In this document: piece by piece, positions 56,574 through 64,000 of the stretch
Layout: every line of letters begins with the position of its first letter
How positions within the stretch are numbered: the stretch's first letter is position 1
Assembly: GCA_964016885.1 (NCBI GenBank)
Contig: OZ024741.1
Span: 368,466,001 to 368,530,000, forward strand
Source of the DNA: Eledone cirrhosa
Lineage: Eukaryota
Length of the DNA stretch: 64,000 nucleotides
Reading direction: 5' to 3'
The notes under the pieces: model-generated
What the model saw: the letters and a program-made list of their open reading frames with translations, nothing else
Database searches by the model: none
Told to the model about the DNA's origin: nothing
Position numbers and translations under genes: made by a program

Positions 56574-57332
56574 ATATTCATTAGTTAAGCAAAACAAGAC
56601 CACACATTTCACAAGGAAGACATTATTAAAAGATTGTCAACATATTTTAGTTTGATGTAAGGAATGTAGAGAATAATAATAATAATATTAATAATAATAA
56701 TGTCCGTTTACAATTGTTTTGCTACTCCATATAATATTTCTGGATCAGATGACTATATATCATAATTGATCTGGTTCAGTTGAAAATAAGTAACATATTT
56801 AAAAAACAGAGTGGCTCATCGGAACTTCAAAGGAATATAAATTAAAATAATGGGATAATGTTACATAATATTACCCATAGGCAGATCTCACACAATGCAG
56901 CCTAGACAGATGAATACTGCTTGATTATGGCTGACAACTGATGCAACCAAGACACCATAGTAAAAACCAATATATGGAACATTATATTATGTAACATTAT
57001 CCCATTATTTTAATTTATTATAGGGCGGTGGATTGGCAGTATCGGTAGAGGGTCGGACGTCATGCTTTCCAGCATAGTTACGTCCCTTTACGATCTGAGT
57101 TCAAATCCCACCGAGGTTGACTTTGCCTTTCATCCTTACGGGGTCGATAAAATAAAGTACCAGTAATGCACTGGGTAATTGCTGGCCTTGTGCATAAAGT
57201 AGAAACAATTATTATTAATATTATTATTATTATTCTCTACATTCCTTACATCAAACTAAAATATGTTGACAATCTTTTAATAATGTCTTCCTTGTGAAAT
57301 TTGTGGTCTTGTTTTGCTTAACTAATGAATAT
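56574..57332. repeat. Nested inverted repeats (outer arms about 125 bp, inner arms 35 bp)
   Basis: 56574-56701 vs 57207-57332; 56837-56871 vs 56984-57018. Confidence 0.9.
57022..57208 (+). mobile_element. tRNA-derived SINE family B with Nin/Deu-like domain (other copies about 1205-1350, 22815-22960, 30818-31030, 31830-32260, 39056-39660 x3, 45652-45838, 50870-51000)
   Basis: Head GGTGGATTGGCAGTATCGGTAGAG...GAGTTCAAATCCC, body GTCAACTTTGCCTTTCATCCTT.CGGGGTCGATAAAATAAAGTACCAG, (ATT)n tail. Confidence 0.8.
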
Positions 57333-57522
57333 TTCCAGCTCTGCGCACCTAACTTCTGCATGAACCCAGCCACCTAGCTGCTTGCTACTGCATATTGCAC
57401 ATTGAGCACATGCCTTTACGCTTTGGCTTCTAACTAACTCACCAATCTCTCCTCTCATATCTCCTCTACTATCTCCATCTCTCTCTTTAAGATTGGTTAC
57501 TCTTGAACTGTGTATATATGTA

Positions 57523-57608
<86 letters not shown>

Positions 57609-57639
57609 ACGAAGGAAATGTGGTAAGGAACCAGATGGA

Positions 57640-57691
<52 letters not shown>

Positions 57692-57833
57692 TTCAAATTA
57701 ATTAACGGAGTTATAAACTCACACTGGTAGAAGTGTTTGTAGGCTGCATGGTAGAGAAATGTTGGAGTTAGCTCTCTAAAAGTAGAGAAAATATTTAAAC
57801 TTAGTTAAAAGCTATAAAACAAGTTCACATCGA

Positions 57834-58085
57834 TTAACTCTTTTGATACCAAACAGCTTGAAACCATCCCTGGTCCTATGATACAAAAATATTTATTTTA
57901 AAATGTTTGCATTTATCTAAAAATAATTTTATGTAAGAACCTTTGTTAGATTATATTCCAAACACCAGCTAAATAATGAGAAAGTTAGTTATATTACTAA
58001 ATCATTCCAAATTTTTGATTATTTTCCAAATGATTTGAAAATCATAGACAGTATCTTTAATTAGAAATATGGTAACAAAAGTGTG
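57834..58085. mobile_element. Older TTAA-type MITE family 2 (other degraded copies near 4235-4452, 8695-9031, 18920-19216, 31550-31740)
   Basis: Shared core ttaac(c/t)cttttgatacc...ggtcctatgatacaaa...gaaatatggtaacaaaa(g)ggttaa in several copies. Confidence 0.6.
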
Positions 58086-58390
58086 TGGCTGAGAAACGTT
58101 TAACTTATAGATAAGTAGTAGTTGGTGTAGGAGCATAAATGAACCTGGCAAGCATGGCACATGCCATGGGCACCACATGAAGGGGGCGCCACTTGGACTA
58201 GGAGAAAGTTATATTAAAGTCAAACAAGCCTCATTAGAGAGGGAAAACAGAAACTCTTTCAGATGTATGGTCGACCACACTGCATGGTATATTGTTCTGT
58301 GATTGGGAGGTGTGTTATGTGCATAAGCAAAAAACTTCACTGCATGCTGGTTCAGTTCATTCAGCTGGAATAAGTCAGTACCAGTAGCAG

Positions 58391-58676
58391 CAGGGACGTA
58401 ACTAGGGTATGGCAAGCATGTTACGTGCTATAGGCACCACATGACGGGGACGACACATGGACTAGGAGCACGTTCAATTAGTCAAATAAGCGTCGTTGAA
58501 GAGGGAAAAAAAAAACTCCTGTATGATCAGTCTCTATCATGGGTGAGAACACTATGGTGGTTGGATCATTAAACCATTTATATAAATTATTAGGCCCATA
58601 GGTAAAAATACAGTGCTGGGCAGGGGTGCAATTTCACTGCTTGCCATAGGTGCTATTTTCCCTAGTTATTCCTCTG
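58391..58676. mobile_element. hAT-type MITE with an upstream partial duplicate (58149-58260)
   Basis: TIRs CAGGGACGTAACTAGGG / CCCTAGTTATTCCTCTG; the 8-mer GAACCTGG at 58141 and 58677. Confidence 0.65.
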
Positions 58677-61235
58677 GAACCTGGTATAATAAAGACTTAT
58701 GAGTTACTCAGCTAATGTAACCTATCTATTGATAACTAGGAATTTTTTTATTTACTAGAGTGTTATCCATTATATAACAGGTAACTTGCTGAGTAAACTT
58801 TTGCCTCTGCAGATAACAACAGGTAATGTTATATAGATAAAGTAATTGTAATTTAAATTCTTTCAAATTTCATTGGGTTTATACAAAATAATGAAATTAA
58901 TACTAATTTCGAAAATAGAAATAGAGATTAAGTAAATTGAAATATACAGATATATATATTAAGTTTAGCCTGCTGGCAGAAGCAATTATTAGGCTTGCTT
59001 CAAAAAGAGTAAGAATTAGGTGAGAACCAATACATGCATACATTTCTAACGATGCCACTGTCATACATCCAGGTATTGTTTCTACCCAAACACCCCAGTT
59101 TTCAGATAATGTTTCTTCAAATCCTGGATAATGGTATGTCTGGTATTGTTATAATGTTCTTTAAATCACTAGATAAATAAATAATATTATAAATCACCAT
59201 AGCACAAAAACTACAAATAGTATTAAAGCAGTAATTTGAGGAAAAGAAATTGTGAAATAAATTGGTTATTCCAGCATCTAATCCTCACTATCACTTGCAG
59301 CAATGTTGTGAGTGTGTTGCCTTGACTAAAAAATTTATTAGAATGATGCTCCAGCACCTCTTATTTTGGTTGGGGATTGAGTGTACAGCTCATCTCCCCC
59401 AATATTTTCTAATTTGACAATAGCTGCTTTATCTTTTATTTATTATTTAAATTAAAACAAAATAATTCCCTACATATAGACAATAAAGGAATGAAAAAAC
59501 ATTCAACATTACATGCAAGCTTCTATCTAATGATACTGTTCTATATATTTATTCATCAAAAAGAAAGAAGAAAGGGTGAAACAAAACTTTACTTCATACA
59601 GATGGTGATCATTCATAGGTTTCTATATTAAGAAAATATATTAAACAGCTTATGTCTACCATTCCATCTCCTTTTCACAGTGTACAACAAGGCTGGTCCT
59701 TTGAATTACAGTTACAACTCACACACGTGATATTTTACACAAACAGACAGATTTTGAAACGTATTAATTTATTTCTCCTTGTCTTAATTATATTTCTTCC
59801 TCTTCTTTTCTTAGAAGAAGAAGAAGGATGATGATGATGGTGACGATGATGATGACAATGATGATGATGACGACGATGATGATGATGAGGAGGAGGAAGA
59901 AGAGGTCTGTTCAGTCAGAATTGTTCTGCAGCTATTGATAATTTACAATAAGCGTATAGACTTTCTTTACCCGATAGTTGGCTTTAATTAAGGGAGAGCA
60001 TCGAAAGTTTTAATTAAGATTTATCTCCCTTCTCTTCGAAATTGATGCTATAGAAATAATGCCTCGTTTCCACTAAGTCATTATAATAATAAATTGCATT
60101 GCTAATATTGCAGTTATGAATGGGAACGTTTTCAATGATATCCAGATCTGTTACTATCTCATTCCGAATGGCTATCGTTCTTGAAAGGAATCGCTGTTTT
60201 CCAGATATGCTTATATCAACATACAATGCTGTATCATCTACCACTGCAGTATGTAGACAATATCTCCCCTAGTTGCTCTCTCCGATTGGGGCACATAGTC
60301 CAACCGTGGGATACAGACTGATGAGAGCCACCCCGGGAAACTCTTGTCTGTCAACCCACATCGAATGCTACATCAAGAGGTATAGGGAGTTTTTATTAAT
60401 ATCATTATTATTATTAAATCCCTACTGTCGTAGGCAATGGCTGACGTGAGGGAATGTGGTAGGGATTCTTTACAAAATACCCTGACCGAAAATTGTTGAC
60501 ACTTGTAATTCGATTACTCACATATACCTTCCACACACACACATTCTCTCCCCCTCTTTCTCTTATTCCACAGTCTGTTCTCGTAGAAAGTTTTTGTTGT
60601 TTTTTTTTCCAAAATCCACATACTGTCAGTTTTTGTTTATTGATTTACTTCTGCTCTCTTTTTTTCCGTGTAAATAGATAATTTTTCATTCATTTTCCAG
60701 AATGCTTTCCTCCCCGCTCTATTCCCTATCTTTTTAATGGTCTCAGTGATAGTTTTTCTGTTTTCGTAACATGGTTTCTTAATGATAACAAAACATAAAC
60801 ACAAACAAACGACCCGACAAACAAGAAAAATAAGTAACTGCATTCATTCGGAGCAAAACAAACTCCAGCACACACATACATTTCCCCCGTCTCTATCTTT
60901 CACATACACACACATTGAGAAAAAACACATATTGATATGCACAAAGAGACGTACAACATACAACATATATTTGTCCCAATATCTTCAATAACTTATATTT
61001 AATTTCTGCAAATATTTACTTCGATGTCGCAATCCACGCTAATTTGTCTAAAAGCAACTAGTAGGTCAGTGGTGAACGTCGGCCGATATGGCCAAACACA
61101 AAACACTCAACACAATGATGTAAACTCACAAATCACAATGTAGCATTAATTTTTCATTCCAGAACTGATCAATTGTTATTGATAACATTAAAAGAATTAC
61201 TAGACCAGAACAACGTCTCGCCCTCGCCACCGAAA

Positions 61236-62522
61236 ATGTTGCTCCGCACACAGATGGCTGGCTTAGACTTTTATGATGCTGTGTTAAACAACGAATTAGC
61301 TCAATTGAAGCGTCTCGTTGCACAATACAAAATTGATCTCAATGCTAAATTTGTAGAGGTCCGCAAAAAGAACCATGCAGATTTGTGTCCAATTCACCTA
61401 ACATCATATCGTGGGTATACATATATGTTGCAGTATTTGATAGAGTCTAAATGTGATGTCAACCAAACTACGACAACTCTTCGAAGGACAGCTTTACATT
61501 TTGCAGTTCTCAAACACAGAATGGCCTGTATGATCCTACTAATTGGAGCCAAGGCCAAACTTGATGTAAAAGATACATTTGGCAATTCTCCATGCCACTA
61601 TGCTGCAGATGATGGCTATTGTCAGATATTGGATGTACTCATTCGACGTGGTGCTGATGTTGACTGTCAGGATATTACATCCAAAACTCCATTGATGAAA
61701 GCTGTTCGAAACACCAAAACTGATGCTGTTCTAAAGCTAATTCGTGCCAATTGTAAACTGAACATTACAGATCGGAATAGTGACATGGCACTTCACTATG
61801 CTGCACGCAATGGTGGTACAGATATCATTGATCTTCTTATGGCATCAGGTAGTCAAGTGGATGTCCAGAATTATTGGGGACGTACCCCATGCATGGAAGC
61901 TGTCTGTTACAACCAGAAAGAAGCAGTTGCTTTATTGATCAGAGTCAACTGTGACTTAAACCGTCGAGAATTCAAAACTGGTGACACAGCACTGCACATT
62001 GCAATTCGAAGGAATTATACATCTGTTGTGAGACTACTGCTGGCAGCTGGTAGCCAACATGATATATATAACCATCAAGGAGAGACAGCTGCATACGATG
62101 CAGTGATATCTAATAAAATTGAAATCATTCAAATGATGATTGAACACAACTGTGACCTTGAAGTACCTGGGAAATATTATTCTGATGGAATTTACAAGTC
62201 TTTATTTCAGATTGCTGCAGAGAAGGGTAATTTTGAAATGTGTCGTCTTTTAGCACGATTTGGTTACCTTGATTTCAGTGCCAGGATGTATTTTTACACA
62301 AATTACTTTCCTACACGAATCAATGACACAGAGGCTGTAGTACAGTGGCTACGTAAAAAATTGCAAACTGTCACATCTCTACAAGTGTTATGTCGTAAAT
62401 GTATTCGCAAACGCCTTGGCCACAAGATAGTCCAAAATGCAGAAGATCTTCCAGTTCCTCGAGCTCTCAAAGATTATGTCATAATCAAAGAAATGCATGA
62501 ACAAATGATGAGTACATGCTGA
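61236..62522 (+). CDS. Ankyrin repeat and SOCS box protein (ASB-like, putative Elongin BC/Cullin-5 substrate receptor), about 428 aa, uninterrupted CDS
   Basis: About 10 ankyrin repeats (TALHFAV, SPCHYAA, TPLMKAV, TALHIAI etc.); C-terminal SOCS box with BC box [11 protein letters not shown] and Cul5 box [11 protein letters not shown]. First ATG at 61236; a possible acceptor (ttttcattccag) ends at 61162, so an N-terminal extension cannot be excluded. Confidence 0.93.
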   Translation: MLLRTQMAGLDFYDAVLNNELAQLKRLVAQYKIDLNAKFVEVRKKNHADLCPIHLTSYRGYTYMLQYLIESKCDVNQTTTTLRRTALHFAVLKHRMACMILLIGAKAKLDVKDTFGNSPCHYAADDGYCQILDVLIRRGADVDCQDITSKTPLMKAVRNTKTDAVLKLIRANCKLNITDRNSDMALHYAARNGGTDIIDLLMASGSQVDVQNYWGRTPCMEAVCYNQKEAVALLIRVNCDLNRREFKTGDTALHIAIRRNYTSVVRLLLAAGSQHDIYNHQGETAAYDAVISNKIEIIQMMIEHNCDLEVPGKYYSDGIYKSLFQIAAEKGNFEMCRLLARFGYLDFSARMYFYTNYFPTRINDTEAVVQWLRKKLQTVTSLQVLCRKCIRKRLGHKIVQNAEDLPVPRALKDYVIIKEMHEQMMSTC

Positions 62523-62575
62523 AAGTCATGCTGTAGATGTTAAGCATCAGTTAACCAATGAAATACAATACTTTT

Positions 62576-63531
<956 letters not shown>

Positions 63532-64000
63532 TGACTATTTCCATATATGCATAAATGACAGAGTTTTCATGCAAACATTGCAGGTGTATCAACAAAGAAC
63601 TCTTCTCATTTGTAAAATTCCAGTTTAGACATATAGTCTAAAAAATTTATTTATTGCTGTTAAGTAAACCTTCAAAGTATAAAATTCTGGTTTATTTTGT
63701 TGCTAACCATTCTTACTTTTCTTCATTTCTTTCTCTTTACAAATGTATGCTGTTCAAATTTATTAATTATTGAAAGCATTATCTTCTCAAGACCTTTAAT
63801 GATCCCTTTCATTTATATACAAGTATAGTGATCCTTTCATTACCATATTTCTAAAGAGATACTCTATGTGAATTAATTAATGAAGAATTCAGGGAAATAC
63901 TAGAATTATTAGTTATTTCATTACTAACATATGTTTCTTATATAAAATTATATTGTAAGATTTAAATTTAAATAGGAACTCTTTATAGAATCTGGGTTCG

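Noticed and set aside
59815-59904. 90-nt acidic exon candidate (KKKKDDDD...EEEEEE) after a polypyrimidine-AG
   Set aside because: Weak donor (gtctgt), no partner exons; best explained as a (GAT)/(GAA) microsatellite

Overview
Eukaryotic, AT-rich, repeat-dense animal DNA. The SINE/LINE repertoire and the huge (TA)n/(TG)n tracts are consistent with an octopod cephalopod (inference). Two host genes are supportable: (1) the TFIIA alpha/beta precursor (GTF2A1-like), eight coding exons on + from 19290 to 34591, phase-consistent, with its first exon not located; (2) an ankyrin-repeat/SOCS-box (ASB-like) gene on + at 61236-62522 whose CDS is uninterrupted. The rest is transposon debris: CR1- and RTE-clade LINEs, two tRNA-derived SINE families, TTAA-flanked piggyBac-type MITEs, a hAT MITE, a small non-autonomous LTR element, a Helitron-ended fold-back and at least two Penelope-like elements (PLEs). 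The most striking unannotated layer is RNA structure. There are several type-I hammerhead ribozyme motifs tied to PLE ends: one intact-looking copy lies sense within the presumed TFIIA first intron, two fold-backs carry mirror-image hammerhead(-like) units, and a non-canonical CAGNNGA-core variant recurs. Five long inverted repeats cluster between 44.9 and 57.3 kb. All I/Y/C/V/H/T-rich long ORFs in the track are microsatellite artefacts.
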